A stretch of 64,000 nt of DNA from Sporopachydermia quercuum. Taxonomy: Eukaryota. The DNA is taken from contig BCGN01000011.1 in assembly GCA_001599295.1 (NCBI GenBank), positions 124,001-188,000 of the forward strand. The letters run 5' to 3'. Under the pieces are notes generated by a model. That model was not told where the DNA came from. It saw only the letters and a program-made list of their open reading frames with translations, and searched no databases. The position numbers were made by a program, and so were the translations under genes. Positions 25,001 through 36,635 of the stretch are shown one piece after another. Each line of letters opens with the position of its first letter. Within the stretch, counting starts at the first letter, position 1.

Positions 25001-26065
25001 AACACCACGTTAACAATAAGATCGAAACTGCATCATGCAATGGATTTACTTTTTGATAAGAGATCAAAGGAAGTACTCACGATAGAAGAAAAAGAGTATT
25101 TAGTGAGATTCTGTTTTCTGGATAATGCTATTGACAGAATATTGGACACTTTCGAGGCCCCACCTAATATGAACAAGGGCGAAAACCTTACTNTTGAACA
25201 GTCAAAAGACACAACAACAGGTACAAATTTTCTTACTGTTGGCAACGATATATCATCAGCTTCAACATCTGCTCCTACTCCCTCAACACCTACGCTTGGC
25301 CGTAGACCTAGTCTTGATCATAGACATTCCGCAGCCGAACAAAACGAAAAATACCAATTGGCCGTTACGGAGAATATGTTCTATGAAGCACACGATAATC
25401 CACTACCTTCAACAGACATTCCGTCAGAATCCGACCTATTGCCTCACAATGTCCTTGAAGATAGATCTGGTGATGTATTCGATGATAGCACAGGTCGTAT
25501 AGTTCTTACAAGACGACCTAGCTCTACAATGCTAGAAGCTAAAAAGCAAGAAATCGAAGAAGGTGAACTTCATAGATGGGGTACTTACGTCATCAAGAAA
25601 CAATCATTACATGACTCTTCAATTGATTTTGCTTCTAATTCTATCGTGGCAAGAAAAGTTATGGAAGCTCATAGATCAAACGAATCAGTTCCACAGATTA
25701 AGAAATCTGAACCCAAGACCAACAAGGAAAACTCAGATAGAGATAACTTGGTTGATAAAACTGTTTCACCAAATGGCGGATCGGTCAACACAGGATCACC
25801 AAACAGTTCGTTACCTGGATCTGCTTCAAGCTCAATGCCAGTCACGCCAATTCCTGGCTCATATCTGCCATCAGGTGATGAACTGAGAAAGGCAGTGTTG
25901 AAAGCCAAGGGTATCAGTAGTATCAATGAGCTATTGAGTAATGTGCCTAGCGATGATCAAGAAGATAATGGCGAAGATATCACTAAAGAGGAAGATCAGG
26001 CAGTTGTTGATGAAGCTTATGATAAGATATTGAATGAGTATGTACGTAACCCACGTAAGAACTAG
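22067..26065 (+). CDS. Leucine-rich-repeat Glc7-interacting protein (Gip3/Her1/Mhp1 family)
   Basis: DVDWVFRG N-terminal motif, S/T-rich region, PP1-docking-like LKRVSF with DPPQQIPSRNPRKG, IYTRCCHLREILPI and RNI-like LRRs. It lies next to ISU1, as GIP3 and HER1 do in S. cerevisiae. Confidence 0.8.
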   Translation: MTSPISINNELKNGSKQQKEHTHQPLSSSYSSGVSNNDVDWVFRGKLKKSRSRSNTVPARSNDKNNTSDTKQKSKEWEDKETLNSSNKLVEEPEESKSNERLSSIRDTDRTTDAATIANSATGPGTGIILTGIPLTNTTKSSSSTAAPKTIPTVSTPAVNPTSSATSPSAISPTKXPTNPVKKQSPPCLSPIQVNVKETKKSSWRSAFSSKFKQSSPTTPAGTVPVNQQTTYDTIAAINGSSLEKVSSSAGNYKNVPSVTISQPPISPNNTNNSYAVTPVSGTGSPSTSILANTTEKSSGFFGSLRRSKSPTPNDGTTSSVAPTSALTAALNTSSQNTFSSSATSAPTPSKEAASSAQYFSTTASLSSTPASTDANFSASNLSASLDRTTSNISIASMSSSVSKLYXSPRMVLNKNRTRCKLSNETLQTIALKRVSFRLDELETDPPQQIPSRNPRKGFVELIDTRDIAQGINTXSEVVPGSSVGTAFSTKTSLTTPEIVTPSPVSSPKKAYIDPVAALSXDSLIATKREPFNDNIPLEKIYTRCCHLREILPIPVTMRQVEGKTSPLSSLKMVNPKPTLVDVLAFSDFISIVPITCLILDNVFLTDEMVKILFSAILTAPEIEKLSLRNSPLSTTGWSYLCSLIARNKTIIKLDLSQTKVKNEWKKDYLRSDRNWELLAEAIEIRGGLQELVLNGCKIPSSQFGDFMKKAMKFYTNRVGLASNNLSKNEYKVISKCITSNNSLIQGLDIGFNKPMIDEYFIPFLKYFNPDMKLKFLSLNSCDLKIGENLISFLNKLATTELRFIDLSANPELFPGIIPVLKDLLPRFPDLRRIHLDSNALSSRDIITVAEVLPKMKNLCHISLLDNLAMDKAATGAIYTAIKASRTIITIDLDEELIPEKFNKSIAFYCMRNMQWLVNKDVKGLQESNEDEFFSSQNFDNRPDDLMKAGSLVIQSLQGFFDHKVDESDYKEIIESLINTTLTIRSKLHHAMDLLFDKRSKEVLTIEEKEYLVRFCFLDNAIDRILDTFEAPPNMNKGENLTXEQSKDTTTGTNFLTVGNDISSASTSAPTPSTPTLGRRPSLDHRHSAAEQNEKYQLAVTENMFYEAHDNPLPSTDIPSESDLLPHNVLEDRSGDVFDDSTGRIVLTRRPSSTMLEAKKQEIEEGELHRWGTYVIKKQSLHDSSIDFASNSIVARKVMEAHRSNESVPQIKKSEPKTNKENSDRDNLVDKTVSPNGGSVNTGSPNSSLPGSASSSMPVTPIPGSYLPSGDELRKAVLKAKGISSINELLSNVPSDDQEDNGEDITKEEDQAVVDEAYDKILNEYVRNPRKN

Positions 26066-26622
26066 TGTTTGAACTTGAAGCATTCTATAGAAAAAAATAT
26101 TATTCTGTATATATTGATAACAACAGCAACATTGTACTATCATATTCTATAGGCTTAGAGTTAACAAAAGCAAATGAAACAAAGGATGAAATGCCATTTC
26201 CTAGGATTCATAATCACTTTACCCTATCCTCACTATTACTAGANTATTCAATACAATAGACCAAGAATCGAATTCTAGCAGTTACACAACAAGTTCTCCA
26301 TTCCAGCCATATGGGCCATATAGTTTATTCGAATTACATACGGTCTCTTCCATACCTCATCATGCAACAAATAACGTATGGTTCTGTTCATAATTCACCG
26401 GGAGCCCACCAAAATCTAATTCGATGTTTCAATAAGCGTAACTCAAACATGCAATACCCGTTGCTCTGACACCTTGCCATAATTCACTCACTCTCATGGT
26501 ACACTTCCTCCTATTTCTTCAAAACTGTGAATAACTTATACCTACGATTTATATAACATAATTGAAACTAAGAGGAAAGCATTCACTCACCAAACTGTAT
26601 TACTAAATTTATATTTACANAC

Positions 26623-27510
26623 TTATTGTTGTAAAGCAGCAATCTTCTTAGCAATGTTGGCATTTCTTTGTTCAGCAGTAAGCTTAATGGTTCTGTATTT
26701 CTTGGAGTTTTCAGCATATTGTTCCTTGGTGTATTTCTTCTCTGTGGCTTTGAAAGAAGGATCTTCTCTGATAGCAGCATGAGCATCAGCATAGATATCT
26801 TCAATAGCATCAGCATCAATGTCATCAGCAATGTAACCCTTGAACAAAGTCTTGTACTTTTCTTCATCATCATCTAATAATTCTTCCATGTATTCAGCGA
26901 CATGACCACCGAAGATATACTTTCTCAAGACTTCAGCATCTAATTCTTCGGATTCAATATCCCAACCAGGGAATCTGTTAGGAGAGTGAGGAACGTACAA
27001 TCCACCGTCGGAAGCACCCTTCAAGACACCGAAAACTCTGGCACCAGTGGTGGTTCTTTGTAACCCGATATCAAGGAAAACCTTGAAAGGTCTTGGTCCG
27101 TCTTCAACGGCTTCGGTTAATTCGAATTCACCTTCAACTTCTTCAACACCAGCGTAGGTTTCATCTAAACCAAGTTTTTGTAAAGTTCTTCTGGCGATCA
27201 AAAGACCAACGGCATAAGCAGCGGACCAGTTTGTAAGACCGTGGCTAATTCCGTATCTGGGTAATTCATGAGCATAAGCAGCGGTTAAAACAACATCACC
27301 TTGAACTTGAGAGGAAACAATTTGGGCAATTATATCCTTGTTGGTGAATCTGACAACAAGTCTGTACTTAGGACTGTTGTACTTGGCCTTGTGTTGAGAA
27401 ACAAGTCTCTTACGGGCGTAGTANTCAGTCTTACCTTCTCTTCTTCTTCTGAAGGGAGTTTGGAATCTGCTGTGGTAAGCAGAGGTCTTGATAAGTTTGT
27501 GGAAAGCCAT
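26623..27510 (-). CDS. RPL5: 60S ribosomal protein L5 (uL18)
   Basis: Canonical sequence (RRRREGKT.YYARKRL, RFTNKDII, DGGLYVPHSPNRFPG) with strongly biased codon usage. Confidence 0.97.
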   Translation of the reverse strand: MAFHKLIKTSAYHSRFQTPFRRRREGKTXYYARKRLVSQHKAKYNSPKYRLVVRFTNKDIIAQIVSSQVQGDVVLTAAYAHELPRYGISHGLTNWSAAYAVGLLIARRTLQKLGLDETYAGVEEVEGEFELTEAVEDGPRPFKVFLDIGLQRTTTGARVFGVLKGASDGGLYVPHSPNRFPGWDIESEELDAEVLRKYIFGGHVAEYMEELLDDDEEKYKTLFKGYIADDIDADAIEDIYADAHAAIREDPSFKATEKKYTKEQYAENSKKYRTIKLTAEQRNANIAKKIAALQQ

Positions 27511-27789
27511 TCTGAACTATAGTCTACTACTGTTTCCTTTGGTTGTTGATAGAACAAATATATGTTACTTCTTTCAACTTATANAATGTGTTGATAGTCA
27601 CTAAATAACGGAACTTTGTATAATCAAGTGATATTATTCACTTTCAATGGAAAAGATGGTACTCAGAATTCCATGCNNTCAGTTACACTCAGCGGTGGAA
27701 TCATGTGGTAAGAAATGTGAGTGGGTTGTTCCATCTCTGGAAGATTAGAGTGTATAATTCAGTTGGCTTACTTAAAATGGACATTCTCT

Positions 27790-27797
27790 TGTGACTG
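27790..27797 (-). promoter_or_regulatory. Homol-D box (CAGTCACA) upstream of RPL5
   Basis: Exact TGTGACTG on + (CAGTCACA on the gene strand), 280 nt upstream of the RPL5 ATG. This is a known fungal ribosomal-protein promoter element. Confidence 0.6.
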
Positions 27798-28266
27798 AAT
27801 ATATATATCAGGGTAATATAATCACATGAAATAATATAGGGGTTGAGACTTAAAATCAAGCGAAACTCGAAGTTACTATTTATAACAATTTGATGACATA
27901 ATCATAAATGAAAACTNGTTNAATTCTTAATAATGAATGAACTTTGGGATATATAAGAATGACCTACAAGAACTAATACAGCTACACATCTGTCCTTGAT
28001 TACAACATAAGCAAACTGTTTGGCGGTGATTTAAAAACATAGCAAGGAATCAAGTTTTCTCAAATGTAAATATACATCAACCAGTTGTAAATAATTGGAA
28101 GTTGCATCACTACCGCTCTGAACACAGCGTTCATTTCCGCACTGCTACATAGAGAATCTTCCAGTGGAATGAAGGTCCCAATGGCTGCTGGAGTCTGTAA
28201 ATTGCAATCTACTGTCATGCTTCTAGATTATGATATCAATATAGTTAAATTATGTACAAGAGTAAC

Positions 28267-29171
28267 CTAGGCAGTAATAGCTTGCTGAAGCTCAGCTTCA
28301 GCTTGAGCATTTACAGGAATGAGTGTTCCATTATCATCATCTTTATATTGGGCTTCTGAAAACAATAGTTAGTAAAACAATTTTATAATATCCTCAAATC
28401 ATAAAAACCCAAACAGTAATAATTCTTCAACTTACTGAAAAACGTGTAATGTAAAACAATATTGCCGATATTTCTCATTGCTGGATCTCTGGTGAATTCA
28501 GGATCAATGAAAAAGAACACAGGCATATCTACCTCTTCACCAGCAGCTAACTTTTGTTCTTCAAAGCAGAAACACTGAATTTTGTTAAAATACTGCGCAA
28601 CGTGATCTGGAGTCACGGAGTACGTTGCCATTCCGATGATATCATGATCGGACGTGTTCTTGGCTTTGTAGAAAGCAAGTGCTGTTTCACCTGGTCGAAC
28701 TTGAACCTCTCGCTGTTGAGGTGTAAATCTCCACGGCAAAACAGATGATACCTCAGAAGTAAATGTAACAGTAATTCTCTTATCAGTATCAACAGGTATA
28801 AGTTTATCTTTAGTGAATTTGCTTGAATCTGTAATCGGTGTACCAGCCCAACCAGTTCTTTTACAGATTGCACGATATAATGGCACAGCAGCGTACCCAA
28901 GAGTCAAAAATAGAATACCAATAGAAGCGGCATATAAAGCAGCACTTTGACTGCCCTTCTTTCTCTTCTCATATCTAATTTTCTTCAAGAGATAATGTGC
29001 TTCTTCTGATGTAAGTCTAGGTGGAGCTTTATTTATCGTACTATTGGGGGATGCATTTTTGGGTACTTCATTATTCAGCCTGTAAGAAAAAGTACTGAAA
29101 TTAAATCTTAAGACACCAACAGGTTTCCCTGATCTAGCTATAGACCTTGTGATATGTCTATAAGCAAACAT
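28267..29171 (-). CDS. COX11: Cytochrome c oxidase copper chaperone Cox11, 2 exons
   Basis: Exon 1 is 29171-28436 (YAAVPLYRAIC, YFNKIQCFCFEEQ). Intron 28435-28356 has GTAAGT/TACTAAC/CAG. Exon 2 is 28355-28267 (KAQYKDDDNGTLIPVNAQAEAELQQAITA*). Confidence 0.92.
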
Positions 29172-30637
29172 TGTCCAATTGTGTTCTAATATCAGCAACG
29201 GTATTGTATTGTTATGTCTTGAACTGAACTAGACGGTTTTCAATTTCTCAACCAACTGCCTCCTTTCAACACATAAACAATTAAGAAAAATACAATAGAT
29301 TTCAAATTGAATCTTCGGTATTTTAGAACAGAAACAAACCTCCAAACTATCTGAATGCTTTTATTTACTATGATGTTACTACCAGTTATCAAACATATGT
29401 ATGGCCTTCCCTTTAGCAAAGCATTTGAGAGGGAGAAGTAAATTGTGAGATTTAAGCAAGTAAGGCGTACATGTTTTACAAATTAAGTTATCCACTATGG
29501 AAAATTCATACATAATAATTGCATACTTGTACATTCAGATCAGGTGTCTTATATTTCTACAATTACGAGTTGGGTACCAAACAATTTAAGAAGAGAATTC
29601 ATATAAATTATATCAAAATTATCAATTATGAGATTCTAATGAAAATACAAAGTCAATAATCGTCTTCTTTGGTGATTTTTAACAACATCCCGATACGTCC
29701 TTCTATATAAATCTCGCTGCCAAAAGTACAATAAGCACATTACACATAATCAATTGGCACGCTTCAATCTCCAAAATCATCACCCACATTCTCAACAGAC
29801 ATATATAAATGTACTCCATTCAAAACTCTCAATTTCTCATAGAATTTGATGACAGTACTTTTATATTTTGCAACCAACATCAAATTCGATACTCGCATGC
29901 AAATTCTCCTCTGATCTCATATAGTCAATACTACACTATCACATTTATCACCCTTCCATCTTCTTTTCTTTTCCATTGACATTATATCTCCTCTCATTAA
30001 TCTCTAAACTTCCACATGTAAATAGTAACGCCGAACTTATTTGTTACCCCACACCTAACTTTTCCCTCTTTCATTTCCTATATGAGTACCTGTCTCAAAC
30101 ACTTTTTACGTTTCCCTGTCCAGTGGCCATGCAATGAGTTACTTATCAGAGATATTATTATGAAGACTAGTATAGTGATATAGTGAGTATTAAGTCAAAG
30201 AGAGGGAGAAACAAACAGTAAGCGAAATTTAATGAGCTGTGAGAAAGATTTGTATTAGTATTAGGAATAAGTTGTATTTATTATATCAAATAGTTGTAGA
30301 TCTATTTGAGACACAATTGGATTACTGCTAAGCGAAAGAACAGCGAGAAGGAAAGTGAAAATTTGTTGATACTTGTTATAAGCAACCAGCATAGTATTGA
30401 ATATTNAATTTGATTTTGGTGTATTCCAAACAGTGTTGGCGGATTCAAAACGGGATAATTGCATAGACCATTTCAAAAAGCTCATTCATATTCCATGGTG
30501 CATAATTGGTGTACTTAGCTGGAGTCAAATGATAAAGATTTGAAATAACAAACCAATGAGATAAATGCTTTGTCAATAGTTGATTGATTATCCAGTATTT
30601 GGTGTATATATTAATGTTCTGAAGAGGGTTATCAAAA

Positions 30638-32735
30638 ATGACAGCGATGGAACAATATATTACTGGCGCTTCAGGAGGTGCTAATAGTAGTAGCAACACC
30701 GAGGAAAATGGAGATACTTCTAAGAATAACAATAATGATCATAATGACACATCTAACAGCAATATTCAGAATACGAATAGCAGCAATAATAATACTAGTA
30801 AAAGTGATGAGAACAGTATTGACAACAACAATACTAAAAATANCAGTAGTAGTAATACCTCTGACACCAACAACAACAATACCAGTGCTAGTAGGAACAG
30901 TTCCAATGAGACCTTCAACAGTACAGCTAATAGCTCTACTAATATCAACNTTTCCAACAATGAACTTCTATCGCAGGTTAAACAAGAGAGTAGAGATAGT
31001 TTTACTATTCAACCCTCGCTGGCACCAAAGTCCCAACTGCAGGAAACCGTATCCGCCACTCATACGAGTCAACAACCAAATGCATCTCAAGCGGGCAAAA
31101 GTGAAAAAGTTAACGAAGATTCAGCATCGCAGGCAACAAATAGGAAACCAAAAAGAAAAAAGGTGAACAGGGCTTGCGTCTATTGTAGGAGGTCACACAT
31201 GAACTGTGATAATAATAGACCCTGTCTTAGATGTGTCAAGCGAAACATTGGCCATCTTTGTCATGATTCACCGCCCTCGTCCAAAAAGAAGGAAGAAGTG
31301 AAAGTGAAAACCCAAAANCAAAATCAAAATCAAAACCATAACATCGGACTTCTTCAAAGCTCTGCTGGATCTTCACCGATCAACAATATGGTGCCTCTAC
31401 ATCTACAACAGCAGCAACAACAACCATTACCGTCAATAAATGCTCAAATGAACAATCAAATGAACAATCAAATGAACAATCAAATGAACAATCAAATGAA
31501 CAATCAAATGAACAATCAAATGAACAATCAGATGAACACTGTTGGGTCTAATTCATCTCAAATGCAGATCACCCATAGTAGGAATGAAATATTGAATGCA
31601 GAGAACGTTTCATTGTCTGAACAACTAACCATTCATAATTCCAATTCTAACAAAGCATCTTCATCTATCAATTCTCTATCCAATAATCAACATACTAGTA
31701 ATCACAGTACGACGCAAGAGAAAGATCCACTGGGTAATCAGTCATTACTACAAACATTGTCATTGAATCAAAATCCATTCTTTGTTTCAGAGCATGCAAA
31801 CTCAGAATTTTCTTCTCTCAATGAATTTCTATCAATGATTAATGAACCGTCAGATCTAGATGTCATGGGCCTATCACCTAACCAACAGATGCCCTCTAAT
31901 CAAACAATTACNCCATTGCCTTATGGCAATACGATGCAATTGAACTCAAATAATCAGACAACCAATACCACNTTGCCTGTTATCAGTGATTCAGCTCGCG
32001 ACAAGTTCTTCCTTACCGCAGCAGATCCGTCAACTGAAATATCACCAGAAGAAAGATTGAAACAAGTTATCAGCGCCAAGCTTGAAGCAGGGCTTCTTCA
32101 GCCTTATAACTACGCTAAAGGTTATGCTAGGCTGCAGGTTTATATGGACAACTATATGAATCATTCATCAAGGCAAAGAATTTTAAAACCATTATCTATA
32201 TTTCGACCAGCCTTTAGAGCTATAGCACGAACATTGAAAGATGTAGACTTGATTTTGGTAGAAGAAGCATTTGAACGGATGCTTCTAGATTATGACCGAG
32301 TATTCACCTCAATGGCTATTCCAGCCTGTCTTTGGAGACGTACTGGTGAAATCTATAGAGGCAATAAAGAGTTTGCAGGTTTAGTTGAGGTATCGGTTGA
32401 TGATCTACGAGATGGCAAGCTGGCAATATACGAATTGATGAGTGAGGAAAGTGCCGTTAACTATTGGGAGAAATACGGTGATATTGCATTTGATTCTGCC
32501 CAGAAGGCAGTTTTGACTAGTTGTAACCTTCGTACAAGAGATGGAAGAAAAAGAAGAGCTTGTTGTTTTTCCTTCACTATTAGNAGAGATAGGTATAATA
32601 TGTAAGTGTTGAGATTTCAAACGTATCATCCACTCTATTAGGTTTTTATTCATCTTTCAACTGCTTTTACTAACGATATATTCCTATTCTAGCCCTAGCT
32701 GCATAGTTGGAAATTTTATACCGATTCACCCATAG
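30638..32735 (+). CDS. RDS2: Zn2Cys6 gluconeogenic transcription factor Rds2/AcuM, 2 exons
   Basis: Zinc cluster ACVYCRRSHMNCDNNRPCLRCVKRNIGHLC and a conserved C-terminal PAS-like domain. Intron 32602-32692 (GTAAGT/TACTAAC/TAG) restores the conserved end IPSCIVGNFIPIHP*. Confidence 0.85.
31445..31540 (+). repeat. Coding 12-nt minisatellite (CAAATGAACAAT)x7 plus 1 degenerate copy, encoding QMNN repeats in Rds2
   Basis: Read directly from the sequence. Confidence 0.95.
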
Positions 32736-32982
32736 GTTTTAGAAGAATATATATTAGATTAACTCCTATTANTATTACAAAAGCTGGAAATCAACAAAAT
32801 AACAAATCGAAACTAATTCGTTTCTTATCATTCATCTTTTCCCATCTTTCGCTAAAAAAATGGGATAAAACACAAACATCACATCACAATATAATATAAT
32901 ATAATATAGTAACTGTAACAAAATCCTTTAATAGATGTATATATAGTGCTCATACTACAATACTCAATTCGATTTATTGTTC

Positions 32983-33414
32983 CTAAGCAAGTGACTTGGT
33001 TAATTGTTCACCAGCAAAGAGTTCTTCCTTCAAAGAAACACCTAACTCTTCTTTAACTGCGCTCAACTCATCAAGATAAGCATCGTACTGAGATTGGTTT
33101 TCAACTTTAGCTTTCAAACCTTCGAAAACTCGAACAGCAGTTGGATAGCTGTTAACTCTTCTAGCAGCTAATAAAGCCTTTTCCAATACTGAAGGAGCTG
33201 GAACTAAATCGTAAGAAAAACAATTGTTTAGAACTCTTTGAACTTCGAAAAGGTCGTATGCTTCTTCGAATTCTTTCTCGAATCTAGTGGTGAACTCTTC
33301 ATAGGTTTCTTCATGTTCAGAGTAAAATCGCACACTTTGATTCATCCTAATTGGTGCTAAAGCTGGTGCAAGAGCCCGACGAGCCAACATAGGTCTAACT
33401 AAACGGAATGACAT
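32983..33414 (-). CDS. COX6: Cytochrome c oxidase subunit VI (COX5A-like)
   Basis: Presequence followed by EETYEEFTTRFEKEF, DLFEVQRVLNNCFSYDLVPAP and ARRVN. Confidence 0.95.
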   Translation of the reverse strand: MSFRLVRPMLARRALAPALAPIRMNQSVRFYSEHEETYEEFTTRFEKEFEEAYDLFEVQRVLNNCFSYDLVPAPSVLEKALLAARRVNSYPTAVRVFEGLKAKVENQSQYDAYLDELSAVKEELGVSLKEELFAGEQLTKSLA

Positions 33415-33845
33415 CTTTGTTGATACTTCGAAGTGTGTTTAGATTGTTGATGTAGAACCAATTAATTTAGATCTCTTTAATGCAAAATGAAGTTTGAATG
33501 CAAATCTCTCAACAGAATCCGGAGCTTTGAGTTTTCTATCAATAGATGAATCCATAAAAATATTTTTCCTCAAATTGTAGATATAGTGTATATATGATGG
33601 TAAAGAAAGAATCCTTTACTCTCTTCACAATTCAGCCAGTCAGTTGATGAATAGTAAAGTAAGTTAAGTAAAGTTTATTATGTACATGTGTCTTGCAGGA
33701 ATTCAACTCCACTTTAATCCCATCTAAATAAATGCTTTGTCTCATTCTGGTACTGAATCGAATAATTTAGTACTTAATTGAATCAGTCCATTATATTGTT
33801 TGTATAGTAATCAATCAATCTGGTTACTTCATTCTTACTTTTTTC

Positions 33846-33853
33846 TTATTGGT
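33846..33853 (-). promoter_or_regulatory. CCAAT (Hap2/3/4/5) box upstream of COX6
   Basis: TTATTGGT matches the TNATTGGT consensus about 430 nt upstream of a respiratory gene. A second TGATTGG lies near 33916. Confidence 0.4.
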
Positions 33854-34484
33854 TGAAATGAGGAAAAATTTTCCGATGTTTAAATGATTATGTGAAATAA
33901 TAAACATGTGTTTGTTGATTGGATATGGGATATGGGACCATCTTGAGTGATGCCCCCAATGCAGCGAGATGTACCGAAATGATAATAAGAGAAGATGATA
34001 ATCTATCCGCCTTGTGATTATTTACTTGTGAAAGGTTAGTTGTTGATATATTAGGAGATGTTGAGTTTATCTGTATGTGACAAATGGTACCTGTCGCACA
34101 GGCTACTGAAGATTGTTTTATTGATCGTCAGCGTAATAGTAGACAACAGGTATTGAATGATTCATGAATTCTAAACCCTTTGGGTGTGAATCTGGTATTC
34201 TTGACATTTACTAGGTCGCAAGGAAAGTCACGGCTACTGTTATGCATAGCTGCACACTTTTCGTCTCCAAAATATAATACAGTCGGTTTACACCCCTCTC
34301 ACACACTCACACTTTGAGCGCTACAGTCTACAGAAAAGTGCTTCAAAATGAAACTGTTTATTCGAAATGCACATACGATTATCTTAAACCATCTATGCAT
34401 AAATTCAGAATATGAAACTCCAGGCTCTCCATCTATAAGTTTTTCAATCATTTATACTCAATTCGTATATTCCTGTTATCAACC

Positions 34485-36635
34485 TTATTCATCATTTTCC
34501 AGTTCTTCCTCCTCGTTCTCGCTTAGTTCTATTTTATCTTCACCAAAATACTTTTTGGTTTCATCTTCCTGCCCCCTTTTATCGTTAGGAGCATCTTCTA
34601 AGCTTTCCTTCAACAGCTTGACCTTCTCTTCATTGACTTGNCGTTGAACAACAACATAACCTCCTAATGGTGTNTTCTCCCACTTTAAGTCAATTAGGAA
34701 TTTATCAACTTCCGTAAGATTATCAGGACCAAATTCAACATTAGACCTCTTTGCTAAGATGAATTCATTATTCTGTTTCAACTTCTCAATTAAATTGGAG
34801 ATCATCTTGTTAAACTTGACATTTTTGCTCCCTTTGACAAACTTCCTCAATGAAACAATAATAGGAATTGTAAGTTCAGGGAATGCCACGCTCTTGCAAT
34901 ATAAAACAAAGAATTCGCCCAGTAATTCAACAATCTTCTCACTGATACCGTCTCGGTAAATTCTGGTTCCAATGTAAGCTTGATTAGCTTTTATTTCATG
35001 TTCAAAATCAAAAGCTGGTAAAGTGGCTGACTTTGGCTTTCTAGTAAAAACTGAAGAGTCCAAAACCTCAAGAATAATTGGCGATAGAGGAATGTACACA
35101 GCTGTGGCACGAGAAATTCTTAACAAAGATCTCAAAATATAGAATCTGAATGGGGCGAATTGAGCAGTTGGAATAAGACGAATGGCACCAAGAGAAACTT
35201 GAACTAAAGGATAGATTAATTCCCTTAAAGGTGACTGTTTTCCTCTCAAGGTTTCTTTATGGCCATCGCATGATGTAGAAATAGTTCTTGACCAGAAATC
35301 CAAAGAATGGGCAAACTGCCAGTTATATATAGTTTTGTAGGTCTCCTTGGTTTGATTTACAGTCGAATTTCTCAAATGAATAGCCAATTGTCTGATATAA
35401 TCAAATCCGATTTGATATGAAAGGTTTTCATCAATAGCAAAGTTTTCTGCTAAGGAGTTCTTTTGCATGTTGATCAGATCCATATTATGAATATTAGTTT
35501 TCCTGGAGTTTTTAATGAAATCTAAATAGCAGGTTCTCAATATAAGCTCGAGTAAAGATTTTGGGTACTCTTTACCAGCATTGTTTAGAAATGCGAAGGC
35601 AATTAATTGAGCTTGTTCATCCTTTGTTGAACTCCAGAGTTGACAGATGTTGAGAATCAAGCCTTTGAGTAATTTTCTGTGTGAGAGAATGAAGGGCAAA
35701 ACTTCTTGTACACAAGCAAGTAATAAAGTAGTTGTATTCTTGTTAGAAGAATCATTAAGAAAAATTTGAACTGCAGATGCATAGGTCTTAATCACCGGGT
35801 TTAGTGTCTTTAACTTCTTACCTTGTGCTTCCACTCTGACACCCGCCTTATTTTTCTTGATTGGAACAATTTTTTCAAATGCTTTAGGGACCTTTGTCAA
35901 ACACAAGNTAAGTAACGCATCAAAAGCATCCTCGTCTGTGACAGAGTATTTGAAGTCTTCTTCAATATCTCTATGAACATTAGCAGCAGATCTAAAAGCA
36001 GTGCTAATATTCTTCAATATTTTAATACTAGGCGTTTCTACTACTGACTTCTCCCAAGATTTCACCAATTTCAATGTAACTACCACTTTACTTTCTTCTT
36101 TAGATTTCTTTTCTTTTTTGGCCTTTGTTTTGGTTGTTTCNTGTTCTCCTTCACTNTCGCTTCTATCAGCATCCTCATCGTCTATCTCATCTAAAGGATT
36201 AGTTGGGTTGAAATCTAATAGCTCTGCATCATTTTCTTGAAGGTATTTATAGAACTCAGGATCATTTTCTGCTAACTTTGATAAATCATCCTTGTGGTCA
36301 ACAGCTTCATCATCACTATCACTTTCTTCATTATCAAATTCTTCCTCAGTTGCACTTTTCTTCTGTTTCTTCTCTTTTTTCAATGNCTTCTTATCTTGAA
36401 CTTCCTCAAATCCTCCGTTGAAGAAATCTTCTGTATCCATATTTTCAGCATTTCCTTTCCCCGACTTTTCCCCTGATTCCTCTTCTTTATCACCGCCATA
36501 ATTATAACGAGCCTTGGACTTGTTTTTTCTAAACTTATCTCTTTGGTTGAACTTCTGAACAACTCTTCTTTGCTCAATCGTTCTCTTTAAGTGATTCTGC
36601 TTGAATCGTTTTGTGGATTTAGGAGCTTTCCCCAT
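34485..36635 (-). CDS. NOC2: Nucleolar complex protein Noc2
   Basis: [54 protein letters not shown] and LIYPLVQV. Confidence 0.93.
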   Translation of the reverse strand: MGKAPKSTKRFKQNHLKRTIEQRRVVQKFNQRDKFRKNKSKARYNYGGDKEEESGEKSGKGNAENMDTEDFFNGGFEEVQDKKXLKKEKKQKKSATEEEFDNEESDSDDEAVDHKDDLSKLAENDPEFYKYLQENDAELLDFNPTNPLDEIDDEDADRSXSEGEXETTKTKAKKEKKSKEESKVVVTLKLVKSWEKSVVETPSIKILKNISTAFRSAANVHRDIEEDFKYSVTDEDAFDALLXLCLTKVPKAFEKIVPIKKNKAGVRVEAQGKKLKTLNPVIKTYASAVQIFLNDSSNKNTTTLLLACVQEVLPFILSHRKLLKGLILNICQLWSSTKDEQAQLIAFAFLNNAGKEYPKSLLELILRTCYLDFIKNSRKTNIHNMDLINMQKNSLAENFAIDENLSYQIGFDYIRQLAIHLRNSTVNQTKETYKTIYNWQFAHSLDFWSRTISTSCDGHKETLRGKQSPLRELIYPLVQVSLGAIRLIPTAQFAPFRFYILRSLLRISRATAVYIPLSPIILEVLDSSVFTRKPKSATLPAFDFEHEIKANQAYIGTRIYRDGISEKIVELLGEFFVLYCKSVAFPELTIPIIVSLRKFVKGSKNVKFNKMISNLIEKLKQNNEFILAKRSNVEFGPDNLTEVDKFLIDLKWEXTPLGGYVVVQXQVNEEKVKLLKESLEDAPNDKRGQEDETKKYFGEDKIELSENEEEELENDE

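Noticed and set aside
22135..25926. Several 60-168 aa antisense or alternate-frame ORFs inside the GIP3-like gene
   Set aside because: Shadows of a long low-complexity CDS with no independent motifs.
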